Shown: positions 8,492-18,253, numbered from the stretch's first letter. The stretch is 41,745 nucleotides of DNA from an uncultured Anaerolinea sp. (GCA_964534345.1 CAZHOX010000005.1:1-41745); one strand, 5' to 3'. The notes: generated from the sequence alone by a model not told the origin. Translations and numbers: made by a program.

Positions 8492-10549
8492 CTACACTTG
8501 GATTTCAGATTTTCTTGCTTGCGTAAGCGAAAGCCCTGCAATATTCACAGTTTTTGGGCTCTCTTCTGTAACACTTGAATCTCCATGTGTGCTAACATAA
8601 ATATTAGGCTCGATCCTGATTTCCTGTCCTTTGGTTTCGAAAGGCACAGATAAGGCATCATATATTCTCTTTGTAATCAAGTCTAAATTGGATTTATTGG
8701 GGATGTTTTCGAGCAAAAGAACAAACATAGTGTCGTTAAAACGAGCCAAGGTGTCGATTTCTCGTTTGATGCGATTTAATCGATAAGCAACATCCTTGAA
8801 TAGTGAATTTCGTTCCAGATTGTCTTTTGAGAAATGAAACCCTTTTAACTCAACAAACACAAACGCGGGTTCAGTATTATTTCGTTTTGCGAGTGCAAGA
8901 GAGTGCCGCAAACGATCCTGGAAAAGCAACCAACTGGGAAGCTCTGTTAGATTGTCTTGCAAGGCGGTAAATTCAAGTCTTTCATCCAGCCAGAATGAGG
9001 AAGCAGTTGCTTCTGTCAGTTCTTTCACTTGCTGATCTACAATTCCCATTAAGTCATTTAGGAAAATGATACGGATAGGCAAAGTCTTTTTTAGGGAGAA
9101 TAAATATTGGACCTCAGGGGAGTTTTTGGGTAATGTGGAAAGAATTACCCCAATGTCATGTTTCTCTATTAAGGCAGGTAAGTCATTAACACTCCCTAAT
9201 ACCCAGAGACCCTCAACCTTCATTCCATAAGTTGTCGGGTCTGTATTGTCTACTACTCCAACCAGGGAAAACGCAGCGCAAAACATATTACGACGGAGCA
9301 ACCAGCTGGCAATTTGTGTTCCCTCGCCTGAGCCGGCGATTATCACTCGTTCTCCAACAACTACATCATTTTTTCGCCAAGATAACCAACTATTAGCAAT
9401 AGTCGTAATTAACCGTAGGCGATATCGCATGATTAGGAAGCCAGCCCCAGCTAATAAGCTAATGGTCAGTACCATCATTGGCGGGAGCGGTGGGTAGGGC
9501 AGCCATTTATAGCTCATTTCTAAGTAGACAAGCATGAGGATGGCAATGGTGGCAAAACTACCTGATAACGCCAATCCAATGACGTCATTAAATTGAGCTT
9601 TCGACCAATCTACTTTGTTGACTCCAAAAATGGCGTTGAAGCTGCTAAATAAAATAGCCATCAAAGCCCCAAGTGCTAGGAGGTTTGTAGTTTCCCAGTT
9701 CAACGGGGCACTAAAACTCCATACTAAGCTGGTAAGTGCTACTGCAAATAGCGTTGTGATTAGGTCAAGTGTGAACCAGCTCATATAACGACGAATCAAT
9801 ACTGTGAATGGTCCTGCAAAAATGTACCCTTCAGGAATACGAGCCTTAACTATCTGTGGGATTAGGATGGCTAGCGTCCAAAAGATTACATCAATATCCG
9901 AAAAAAATGAGTGATACCTAACATATAACCCATCAAGTCTCATTTTGTCGGGCAGGATATTCTTATAGTAATCGCCCATTAAGTCTGTGCTGGAAAGTAA
10001 TTTTTCTTCATCATGATAAAGAATGCTGGCTGGGCTGGTCACACCAGGTCGTACGGAGAGAGTTTCTTCTGCTGCATCTTTGGGCCATGTTTCAGCAATT
10101 TTTACATCTTCTGGGCGTGGCCCGACTAGACTCATTTCACCAATCAGCACATTCCAGAGTTGGGGCAACTCATTAATTTTCGTATCACGCAGCCAGTGCC
10201 CCAACGGAGTAATGCGGTCATCCCCATGCGCAGTGACACTTGGTCCGTTGTAGCTTCGTTGGTCTTCGTACATGGTGCGAAATTTGAGGATTTTAAAGGG
10301 TTTCCTATTCATGCCCATTCGTGGGCCCCAATAAAAAACAGGTCCAGGAGAGTCTCGCTTAATTAGCATTGCCACATAGAGAAAAACAGGTGACAGCAAA
10401 AGCAAACCAACTACTGACATGGTGATGTCAAAAGAACGTTTGGCTACATTTGCCGAAACTACCTTTAAAACATTGACAAAGTTGTAACTTTTTGAGCCTG
10501 AAGTATCGATGGCTTTTGAAGTCTTAAGGTATGCTTGTGAGTCGCTCAT
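8492..10549 (-). CDS. Fusion of Bac_transf phosphoglycosyl transferase domain, TM bundle, CoA-binding/Rossmann-like domain and degenerate GGDEF domain
   Basis: N-term KRSFDI, KFRTM, DDRIT, KINELPQ, MSLVGPRP; about 4 TM helices; VIIAGSGEG; C-term QDNLTELPS..LFQDRL...REIDTLARFNDTMF. Confidence 0.88.
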   Translation of the reverse strand: MSDSQAYLKTSKAIDTSGSKSYNFVNVLKVVSANVAKRSFDITMSVVGLLLLSPVFLYVAMLIKRDSPGPVFYWGPRMGMNRKPFKILKFRTMYEDQRSYNGPSVTAHGDDRITPLGHWLRDTKINELPQLWNVLIGEMSLVGPRPEDVKIAETWPKDAAEETLSVRPGVTSPASILYHDEEKLLSSTDLMGDYYKNILPDKMRLDGLYVRYHSFFSDIDVIFWTLAILIPQIVKARIPEGYIFAGPFTVLIRRYMSWFTLDLITTLFAVALTSLVWSFSAPLNWETTNLLALGALMAILFSSFNAIFGVNKVDWSKAQFNDVIGLALSGSFATIAILMLVYLEMSYKWLPYPPLPPMMVLTISLLAGAGFLIMRYRLRLITTIANSWLSWRKNDVVVGERVIIAGSGEGTQIASWLLRRNMFCAAFSLVGVVDNTDPTTYGMKVEGLWVLGSVNDLPALIEKHDIGVILSTLPKNSPEVQYLFSLKKTLPIRIIFLNDLMGIVDQQVKELTEATASSFWLDERLEFTALQDNLTELPSWLLFQDRLRHSLALAKRNNTEPAFVFVELKGFHFSKDNLERNSLFKDVAYRLNRIKREIDTLARFNDTMFVLLLENIPNKSNLDLITKRIYDALSVPFETKGQEIRIEPNIYVSTHGDSSVTEESPKTVNIAGLSLTQARKSEIQV

Positions 10550-11583
10550 AGCTTCCTTCCTGAAACATTTGAAATGAATTGCTCATAAATAAAAATTATG
10601 CCAACTGCTAATATCAGGCTAACGACGCCTCCCAATAGCGTAAATATAACTGGTTGTGGGTGAATGGGCTTTTTGGGTGGCGTCGCCATTTCTATTTGAT
10701 CAATTGTCTGTGTGTTGCGTATATGATCAAGCTTGGCTTCCTGTAAATTATCTAATAGGTCGAGGTAAATATTCTGGTAGTGATCCATCGTTGATTGTAA
10801 AAGTTGCAGTTGCAAATCTCCCTCCATATCACTTGAATTCAGAATAGGTTTTCCAACATACTCCAGATTAAGACGAATTTGCTGGTATTGGGTAAGCAGA
10901 GATTGTAATTGTGCTAATTTGGTTTGCTTTTCGATAAGCTGGCTGCTTTGCTCTGCGTTGGCAAAATTTACGGAATTAAGAGACCCAATTTCTGCGGTGA
11001 GCTTTAATATCTCATCTTGTACAGAGGCGATCTGGTCGTTAACTTGCTTCAGTTGACTTTCAACACGCTCACTAGATATTTGATTGATTTTCGCTTGAAC
11101 GCTGGAAATTTGATCTTCAACTTGAGCAATATTCTTCATGAGGTCTTCTTCGCTTGAAGCGCTGTCGCTCGCCTGTGTGTTTTGATCGATTAATACCTCG
11201 ACTAGCATATTTGCGATTGCAGCTGCTCGCTGTGGATCACTGTCTTTCATCACGATTTCAATCACATTTGTTGCCCGAATTTGCTGAACAGAACCAAATT
11301 CTTTTAAGTTGATCTCGAAATTTAGCCGTTTTGAAGCTTCATCAGTGACTCTTTTTGAAATCAATAATTGAATGTTGGCATCAATAATCTGCTGATTATT
11401 CATGGAAGCAAACTGTGAAGTCTGGTCTGATAAATCTTTACTAACTAAAATTTTGGTGCTTGCTTGGTAGGTCGGCTGTTCAAGTCGACTGGCTATATAA
11501 CCAACTCCTGCCCCAATGAGCATGAATATTAACAAAAATCTGAACCAGCGAATCAGGATTTGAAGATAAAATTTAAGTTCCAT
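10546..11583 (-). CDS. Polysaccharide co-polymerase (Wzz/CpsC-like), no kinase domain
   Basis: N-term TM, PTYQASTKILV, DSDPQRAAAIAN, long coiled coil, ATPPKKPIHPQP plus C-term TM. ATG at 11583 preferred over TTG 11607. Confidence 0.85.
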   Translation of the reverse strand: MELKFYLQILIRWFRFLLIFMLIGAGVGYIASRLEQPTYQASTKILVSKDLSDQTSQFASMNNQQIIDANIQLLISKRVTDEASKRLNFEINLKEFGSVQQIRATNVIEIVMKDSDPQRAAAIANMLVEVLIDQNTQASDSASSEEDLMKNIAQVEDQISSVQAKINQISSERVESQLKQVNDQIASVQDEILKLTAEIGSLNSVNFANAEQSSQLIEKQTKLAQLQSLLTQYQQIRLNLEYVGKPILNSSDMEGDLQLQLLQSTMDHYQNIYLDLLDNLQEAKLDHIRNTQTIDQIEMATPPKKPIHPQPVIFTLLGGVVSLILAVGIIFIYEQFISNVSGRKL

Positions 11584-11675
11584 GTTGTTCCATTCGTCCA
11601 AGTACAACCATTGTTTTCCTAATCAAACATTAAAAGCCACCCCTAAAAGTATAAAAGGCCGCTTTTTCGTGGAAA

Positions 11676-12425
11676 CTACCATACCCGGTGTCCACCAGCT
11701 CGAAAACGCTTGACCGCTTCTTTATCAGGCCAGGAGTAATAAGAACCTTCAGCTAGATTTAGCGGGGATTGCGTAATAGTTCCATCCTCTATTTTCCCCA
11801 GGACTTCAAGCAGCAATTCTGCCGCAATGGCTTTCGAGCGTGTAATAAAGCTATCAAGGGATTCACTTGGTAGAACCTCAAAAATGCGTTGCCCGCATAA
11901 TTCGCCCGCATCGATTTTTTCGTTTACATAGTAAATTGAAACACCAGCGTTTTTCTCTTGGTTGGCGAGCATCCAAAAGCTGGGTAAAACCCCTCTATAG
12001 TGCGGAAGAATTGCGCCATGTATATTTAAACAACCTAATTTAGGTAGCTCGATCAATGGTTTCTTAAATATTTGAGGACAACTAACTGAGATTAGCAAGT
12101 CAGTTCCGGCTTCACGGAGGCGTTGTCTAAATTGTTCTGCATTAACATCCGGCACTAATTCATACGCTACCCCATGCTTTTTACATACAGAAGCAATGGA
12201 CTGGCCTCGCATTGCAACCATTCCAACGCGTGTCCCAAGCCCTAGGGCAGCCATCAAGCCAAATGTTTTGTAGTATCTTAGTGCTGCTTGCAAAGTAGTT
12301 TGATTTTTATAGAGTGGTGGAACACTGTAGACGGCTTGAGTCAGTTTGCCGTATTTGCTTAGTACATGCTCGTAAAATGCAGGCAGGTAAATAGGATCAT
12401 CGGTCGTTAGAAATGTGATTTTCAT
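11676..12425 (-). CDS. N10-formyl-THF-dependent formyltransferase (sugar N-formyltransferase-like)
   Basis: CLNIHGAILPHYRG, GVSIYYV..KIDAG; ATGA overlap with the deacetylase. Confidence 0.88.
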   Translation of the reverse strand: MKITFLTTDDPIYLPAFYEHVLSKYGKLTQAVYSVPPLYKNQTTLQAALRYYKTFGLMAALGLGTRVGMVAMRGQSIASVCKKHGVAYELVPDVNAEQFRQRLREAGTDLLISVSCPQIFKKPLIELPKLGCLNIHGAILPHYRGVLPSFWMLANQEKNAGVSIYYVNEKIDAGELCGQRIFEVLPSESLDSFITRSKAIAAELLLEVLGKIEDGTITQSPLNLAEGSYYSWPDKEAVKRFRAGGHRVW

Positions 12426-13315
12426 TTTATCCTCCAGGTTTCCAATACTTGATCAAAGCGCCCAAAGGGTAACCTTTGGAATAGCTCATCCATTTTCTTA
12501 CCGTAGAATTTTCGTCCAAGCCCCTGCGTAAATAGGAAGGTCTTTGATACATTCATTCGGTAGTATTCATCCATATCATGTGGGTTGTACTCATAGGGGT
12601 GGCAGTATATGATTACTGGTTGTTTGGTCATCATCGAAGCGAAAAATTTCTCTAGGATGAATTCTGGAATGAGACGAAAATAGCCTCCACCTGCTACTGG
12701 AAGTCGAATTTTTCCTGATTCCCAAATTGCAACAGGAACCTCTAGTATGCTTGCACCGCCTGGCAGTTGGACCCGATGTGGAACTGTAGGATACCCAGAG
12801 ATACCATATCGATGAGTTCTCATTGGAAAGATTGATGAATCAACAGTGAAGCCTGTTTCTATTAATACTTCCAATGCCCAAATATTTTCACTGTCAATAG
12901 TAAAGTCTGGAGCTCGAAAAGCAGTAACTTGTACGCCGCAAGCATCCTCAACTGTTTTTCGAGCTAGCTCCAGTTCAATCTTTAACGTTTTCTTGTCCAT
13001 TTTATTTACAGGACGATGACTGTACCCGTGAGATTGAATTTCATGGCCCTCTGCAACAAGCTGCTGAAGTAAATGTGGAAAAGTCTCAGCGACGCGCCCT
13101 TGTACGAAAAATGTCCCCTTTACATTGCGGCGATTAAGGATTTCTAGAATTTTCTCTGTGTTTCGGACAACTCGTTCTGTAATTGGTGCATCAAAATCTA
13201 CGCTGGATTGATACCAATCTTCGACATCGACTGTAAATGCGCATAACGGTCCTCCACTGATCGGCCCAGTGGTCATGTTTATTGGTTGATGAACAATATC
13301 CTGATAGCGAAACAT
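12422..13315 (-). CDS. CE4 polysaccharide deacetylase (XrtA-associated/DUF3473 type)
   Basis: FTVDVEDWY, HEIQSHGYSH, FRAPDF, LPVAGGGYFR, YCHPYE. Confidence 0.9.
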   Translation of the reverse strand: MFRYQDIVHQPINMTTGPISGGPLCAFTVDVEDWYQSSVDFDAPITERVVRNTEKILEILNRRNVKGTFFVQGRVAETFPHLLQQLVAEGHEIQSHGYSHRPVNKMDKKTLKIELELARKTVEDACGVQVTAFRAPDFTIDSENIWALEVLIETGFTVDSSIFPMRTHRYGISGYPTVPHRVQLPGGASILEVPVAIWESGKIRLPVAGGGYFRLIPEFILEKFFASMMTKQPVIIYCHPYEYNPHDMDEYYRMNVSKTFLFTQGLGRKFYGKKMDELFQRLPFGRFDQVLETWRIK

Positions 13316-13345
13316 GTTTTTATTCCTCGTGACTTTCTTCGCGAT

Positions 13346-14581
13346 TTATGCACGGATTGAGTTTTTACTGTAATACTCTTTCAATAGTTCTAAATATAGA
13401 GTTTCAATTTGGTTGATCATGCCTTCACTGGAGTACTGTTCAGCTAGTTTCTTGGCAGCTAAGCCCATTTGGGTGCATAACTCTTCGTTATGTAGTAGAG
13501 CTAAAATTCGATCAGCCATTTCTTGTGGTTGGTGCGGAGATACTAAATAACCTGTTTCCCCATCTATGATTACATCTTGAGCGCCATCTACATTATTTGC
13601 TACGATTGGTTTGCCCGCGATCATAGACTCTTGAAATACAACGGGCAAACCTTCCCATAAAGAACTCAACGCAGTAAGGGTAAGGATTGGATAGATTTTG
13701 TCAATATCGTTTCTGTACCCCAAGAGGAAAAATTTTTCGGTAAGATTAAGCTCCCTTATCAAATTTTCACACTCACTGCGTAATGGACCATCTCCTGCAA
13801 TGACAAACTGAACTTTTGGATATTTTTTTATCACCATTGATGCAGTCCGAATAAAATCCAATGGATTTTTTTGCTTATCAAGGCGTCCGATCATGCCAAT
13901 AATTTTGCATTCTGGATCCAACCCTAGATCTGAACAAACTTCTGATTTATTGACTTGTTTCTGAAATTTTTCTAATGGAATTCCGTTGTAGATCAACTTA
14001 AATTTGTTTTCTTGACAGATCTTATATGCCAGACCTTTTTCTATGTTTGGCTTGGATACAGCAATCAAACGATTTGTAAATGTAGCAGAAAATCGCTCCG
14101 AATTGACATAAAGCATTTTAGTTATTTTTGACATATCATCTTGCAACCCCCAGCCATGCACATGGTGAATGATTACTGGAACTCGAGCGAGTGCTGCGGC
14201 CAATCGTCCAGCCGCACCTGCAATGGCGTTATTTGTGTGAACAACGTCGTATTTCCCCTTCCGTATGTGGGCGTAAAGTTCCATGCTGGAACGTAAGATA
14301 TGCCATGGGCTTATATAAGTCACCATACTAGGAATGTTTATTAGGGGAATTCCACGTTCTTTTGCTTGGTATGTTAAGTCAACTTCATGAGCAGGGACTG
14401 GGCCTGCAGCCAGATGCACATCAAATTGCGTATGGTGATTCAGGTAACTCGCAATATCTAGGATTACATTCGTATCGCCTCCAATTGTCAGGCGAGTAGC
14501 TACTAACAACACTCGAATTTTTCTGTTTAGATTTGGTACTTTGTCAAATACATCTGTTTTCTGAATGTGTTCCATATTCAC
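13346..14581 (-). CDS. Glycosyltransferase family 4
   Basis: IGRLDKQKNP, GDGPLR, SLWEGLPVVFQESM. Start may be the ATG at 14575. Confidence 0.93.
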   Translation of the reverse strand: MNMEHIQKTDVFDKVPNLNRKIRVLLVATRLTIGGDTNVILDIASYLNHHTQFDVHLAAGPVPAHEVDLTYQAKERGIPLINIPSMVTYISPWHILRSSMELYAHIRKGKYDVVHTNNAIAGAAGRLAAALARVPVIIHHVHGWGLQDDMSKITKMLYVNSERFSATFTNRLIAVSKPNIEKGLAYKICQENKFKLIYNGIPLEKFQKQVNKSEVCSDLGLDPECKIIGMIGRLDKQKNPLDFIRTASMVIKKYPKVQFVIAGDGPLRSECENLIRELNLTEKFFLLGYRNDIDKIYPILTLTALSSLWEGLPVVFQESMIAGKPIVANNVDGAQDVIIDGETGYLVSPHQPQEMADRILALLHNEELCTQMGLAAKKLAEQYSSEGMINQIETLYLELLKEYYSKNSIRA

Positions 14582-14636
14582 CTTGTTGGGATAGTTAGGT
14601 TGACATGGGGAGGCTGGTTATCGTGTTCCACAATGA

Positions 14637-16112
14637 TTACAAATTCCCCCAGATATTTTTCTTGACTTCGAGAACTGTCATCTCAAGAGACTGATCCGTA
14701 TTGATCTTGTAAATTGGGGCAATTCCATACTCCAGATTGGATGCCAGGGAATGTCGATAACGCACATAATCTTCAGGTTCCTCTTTGCCACGGTTTTTAT
14801 TTCGCATAAGCGCAACTTCCACGGGAACATATAAAGAGATAACCATATCAGGTGCTGGAATTTCTTCATATAACCGTTTTTCTGTCCGAGCAAGCCAGGC
14901 TCGAAAAGGATAGCGTTTTGGATCGATCACAAATTGCTGCAGTTGAGGGCCATCTGGTGCGCCATTCGACATGGAAGGATACCGGTCGCATAAAACGATG
15001 TTTCCATTTGCCGCTTTCGCAAAAGCACGGCTTAACAAAGATCGACGATCATAGGCTAGAAAAACTGATCGAAGTGCAGTAATAAGAGGGTAAACCTCGG
15101 CAGATTTGTGAGCTTTCTCAGCAGAAACTTGCTGAGTTACTATTTTGCTTGGCCGGTATGTGGGAAGCGCAGAGCGCAAAAATGGTGATAACGCATTAGG
15201 TATCAGGGTTAGCAGGGTTGATTTTGGCTTACCCGCATGAATTTGTTCGATGACAAAATGTTCGCCCAGCCAGCGCTTGGTGGCCGTGAGTAGCGTTGAT
15301 TTCCCAGTTGCTTCCGGGCCAACGAAAGCAATAACAGCGCCCCCTGATTGGAGGATCATGCCTCTTTTCGAGCGCATTAGCCGGCCGTAAGCCATAAGTG
15401 AGAATTTATAAATTCCACTCAACCAAGACTGAATCCGGGAGTTTCTGGCATAAATATTGAGGCGAGAGCGCAATTGAAGACCGAGACTGATACGGTTTAG
15501 TAGGGGGGCAGGTTTTCTTAATGCATCAATACATTCAGAAAACAATCGGGTGTTCATGGAAGGCAGCCAGTCAGCAACCAACTGAAGAGTCTCATCTTTT
15601 GGCTTGGCATCGAAGAGCCATTCAATTTCCCGTCTTACTCCTTTCCAATCTCTCGCCAGCATGAAAAGTTCAACGAGTGAAGTGTGTTTCAACATCATCC
15701 GAATAGTGAAAACTACTAACTCAGCACTTTTTGTAGGGACCTTGATCGAATCTTCTTCACGAACATTTTGCAACAACATTTCTTCAAGCGGCAGGTGAAG
15801 GTTTTTTGACAGACTTTCACCAGTGATGACACGGTAATATGCATGAACATGAACAAGAATTCCAGTTTCCTCATCCATGGCAAAATAATGTTCAACTGCT
15901 GGAAAAGGCGCATCCCCTTGAATTCCAGTTGGTCGAAATTGCAGCTGACTCATTAGCAGCCTAAATAAATCACAATTCTTTCGATGAATGAGAAAATCAA
16001 CATCTGTCTGACCAGAGAGAACTTGAGAAAGCGCTGAATTGCTTTTCCAGTGGCAATACTTTATTTCATTGGCATTGAGTTTTTCAATAAGTTGTTGAAG
16101 TTTTTTTATCAT
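14637..16112 (-). CDS. Nucleotidyltransferase-fold N-terminal domain fused to thymidylate-kinase-like P-loop domain
   Basis: N-term GQTDVDFLI (DxD); C-term IAFVGPEATGKST, VLCDRYP, PAPDMVISL. Confidence 0.75.
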   Translation of the reverse strand: MIKKLQQLIEKLNANEIKYCHWKSNSALSQVLSGQTDVDFLIHRKNCDLFRLLMSQLQFRPTGIQGDAPFPAVEHYFAMDEETGILVHVHAYYRVITGESLSKNLHLPLEEMLLQNVREEDSIKVPTKSAELVVFTIRMMLKHTSLVELFMLARDWKGVRREIEWLFDAKPKDETLQLVADWLPSMNTRLFSECIDALRKPAPLLNRISLGLQLRSRLNIYARNSRIQSWLSGIYKFSLMAYGRLMRSKRGMILQSGGAVIAFVGPEATGKSTLLTATKRWLGEHFVIEQIHAGKPKSTLLTLIPNALSPFLRSALPTYRPSKIVTQQVSAEKAHKSAEVYPLITALRSVFLAYDRRSLLSRAFAKAANGNIVLCDRYPSMSNGAPDGPQLQQFVIDPKRYPFRAWLARTEKRLYEEIPAPDMVISLYVPVEVALMRNKNRGKEEPEDYVRYRHSLASNLEYGIAPIYKINTDQSLEMTVLEVKKNIWGNL

Positions 16113-18253
16113 TTTGATTTTTGGGTTGCGCTATTTTGTAGGGTTTGACTTTTTTGTTGAGAGTATCTATCTGTGATTTCTTGAGAAATTCTATCTGTCA
16201 TATGCTCAAAGTCTGGGCTGGCAATATCAAGACTCTCTACAACTAAAAGTCGAGACTGAAGATTTTCTGCTTGAGTAAGTTGGTCAAACAAATCAACTGT
16301 GCGTCTGATATATGCTTCCATTTGAGTCGGATCGCTTAATTCAACTTCGCGTGGCGGGTCTGCACGCCGAAGAGTGCGCTCAATAATGGTATTTACAGAA
16401 GCCCGAATATAAACAATAAGATCAGGCAAAGGGAGTAAGTCTGTGAAGCGTTTAATCTCTTCTGAGGTATATGCATTTCCAGCAGGAACAAACATATGAG
16501 CGGCAAGAACCGGTCCTTCATCTACGAGAACAACCTGATTTTTCCCCAAGTATTTTGTGATTTCATACATGCCAATTTTACGCACAAGGCTTCGTAGATT
16601 ATGAATTGTTTGTATCGAAAAACCTGTTGTGCGCCAAAATATCCGTATGGTATGGCGCAAGAAATTATGGTATTTGGGTAACGTAAAGATAAAGAACGGC
16701 AAACTCACAAACTCCATTGCCAGGTTTTGGATCGTTGGATTCTTAACACTCCGAAGACCAAGCAATCCCGTTGCCATCTCAATGGATGTAGTAACTTTAC
16801 TGGTTTTAGCCAGACGGCGGCGTACCTCATCGATCACTGTCGTTTTTCCAGCGCCGGTAGAACCGATAAATTCCACAACCATATTTCCTCCACCAATGTG
16901 ATTTATTTGCGTTGGCGATTGGGATGTCTCGCCTCGTCCTACCCCTTTGCTGGTTGCTGCTTCGGTTGGTGTGGATGTCATCTTCAAGTGAGTCGCCTCA
17001 AGAAATGCTAACGCTAACCACACACTCCGAAAGTGAAAAATTTGGTGGGCATTTGATTCAAGCAAAATACTAAAAAGCATGGCTATAAAAATGACCCCAC
17101 TAGGTTGTACCGTGCTTCCGATTTTAATTTGGCTCAGCAGCACCTTGACCGCATTGTTCCATGCTTCCCCGGCTAACAATACAAGCCCTAGCAGCCCGAT
17201 AACACCACGCTCTACGCCAAATTCAAGGAAGTCATTATGTAGCGTTTTATTTTCAAAAAAATCCCGATAGTTGCTTGGGCCAACTCCAAGAATAGATTTC
17301 GGAGAAAACAGGATTTCAGTACCGCTTCCCCAGAGATCCAATCGCTCGCCTGCTGTATGTGCAGCACGGTCAGTAGTAAGATGCTCAAGGCGAGCTAAAA
17401 CATCTGGTGATTGACTAATAGTGACTAAGAATAACCCTGCTGCAAAGGTTGTGACGGCAGCCAACCAGATAAGGAATTTCATATACCCGCCTATGAGCAG
17501 AAGCAGGAGTACGGCAACCGCTATGGCGCCCAGAAGCGCGGAAAGCGCGCCAAGTGATGCAGTTGCAAGAATGCCTAAAAGTAGAACTACTCCTAAGAAC
17601 AATGTCAATTCACGTCGCAGACCTGCGAGGAGCAATGGAACAAACCCCATCAATTGGAATAAAGCTGCCCAGACCGGATTCTCGAATAATCCGGCAGGCC
17701 GCCCTAGATATCGAACATCTACATTTCCAATACTCCCCAGAATAGCAATAACGAATCCGTAAAAGTTGGGTGAAATGAACTCGGCAGTAAGTAGTACCCC
17801 GTGGAGAACAACAACTATAGTCCAGGCGAGTATTACGCGGCGCACAATTACTGATTCCAAACTGGCCAATACTAATGTAACAGTAACGAACCAAAAATAG
17901 AGATAAATCTCCTTGGCGAGAAAGATAAAGCTGGCTAGCGGGTTAATTGAAAAAAAAGTGCCTATGAAACTTCCCAGCAAGATAAACCACATACCCGCAA
18001 TATAAGGGAACCGAATGGGTTGGCGCGTGTGGATGAGGTACCACCAACACACTGGGAGGAAGAGCAAATTCCAAAAATCAACAGAACCTAGGTTCGAAGG
18101 AAGGCTAAGAAACTGCTCCACTGACAAGATAGTCACGCCCACCAAATAAGCAATTACTGCAAATCGCAGCATTGAAGTCAAACGGTTTTGCTGAGGTGTT
18201 ATTTTTCCAGCTAGAAAACTAACAGTTTTGGGGGAAAGTTGCGATTGCATCAA
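16109..18253 (-). CDS. Wzy/O-antigen ligase family membrane protein fused to a C-terminal P-loop NMP-kinase-like domain
   Basis: About 10 TM segments; GRPAGLFENP, ERLDLW, ILGVGP, LHNDFLEFGVERGVIGL; then VVEFIGSTGAGKTT, VLVDEG, PLPDLIVYI. Start TTG 18253 or ATG 18250. Confidence 0.85.
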   Translation of the reverse strand: MMQSQLSPKTVSFLAGKITPQQNRLTSMLRFAVIAYLVGVTILSVEQFLSLPSNLGSVDFWNLLFLPVCWWYLIHTRQPIRFPYIAGMWFILLGSFIGTFFSINPLASFIFLAKEIYLYFWFVTVTLVLASLESVIVRRVILAWTIVVVLHGVLLTAEFISPNFYGFVIAILGSIGNVDVRYLGRPAGLFENPVWAALFQLMGFVPLLLAGLRRELTLFLGVVLLLGILATASLGALSALLGAIAVAVLLLLLIGGYMKFLIWLAAVTTFAAGLFLVTISQSPDVLARLEHLTTDRAAHTAGERLDLWGSGTEILFSPKSILGVGPSNYRDFFENKTLHNDFLEFGVERGVIGLLGLVLLAGEAWNNAVKVLLSQIKIGSTVQPSGVIFIAMLFSILLESNAHQIFHFRSVWLALAFLEATHLKMTSTPTEAATSKGVGRGETSQSPTQINHIGGGNMVVEFIGSTGAGKTTVIDEVRRRLAKTSKVTTSIEMATGLLGLRSVKNPTIQNLAMEFVSLPFFIFTLPKYHNFLRHTIRIFWRTTGFSIQTIHNLRSLVRKIGMYEITKYLGKNQVVLVDEGPVLAAHMFVPAGNAYTSEEIKRFTDLLPLPDLIVYIRASVNTIIERTLRRADPPREVELSDPTQMEAYIRRTVDLFDQLTQAENLQSRLLVVESLDIASPDFEHMTDRISQEITDRYSQQKSQTLQNSATQKSK

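Noticed and set aside
8492-8970. Active diguanylate cyclase
   Set aside because: GGDEF is replaced by NDTMF and the metal-binding DxDxFK strand reads ELKGF.
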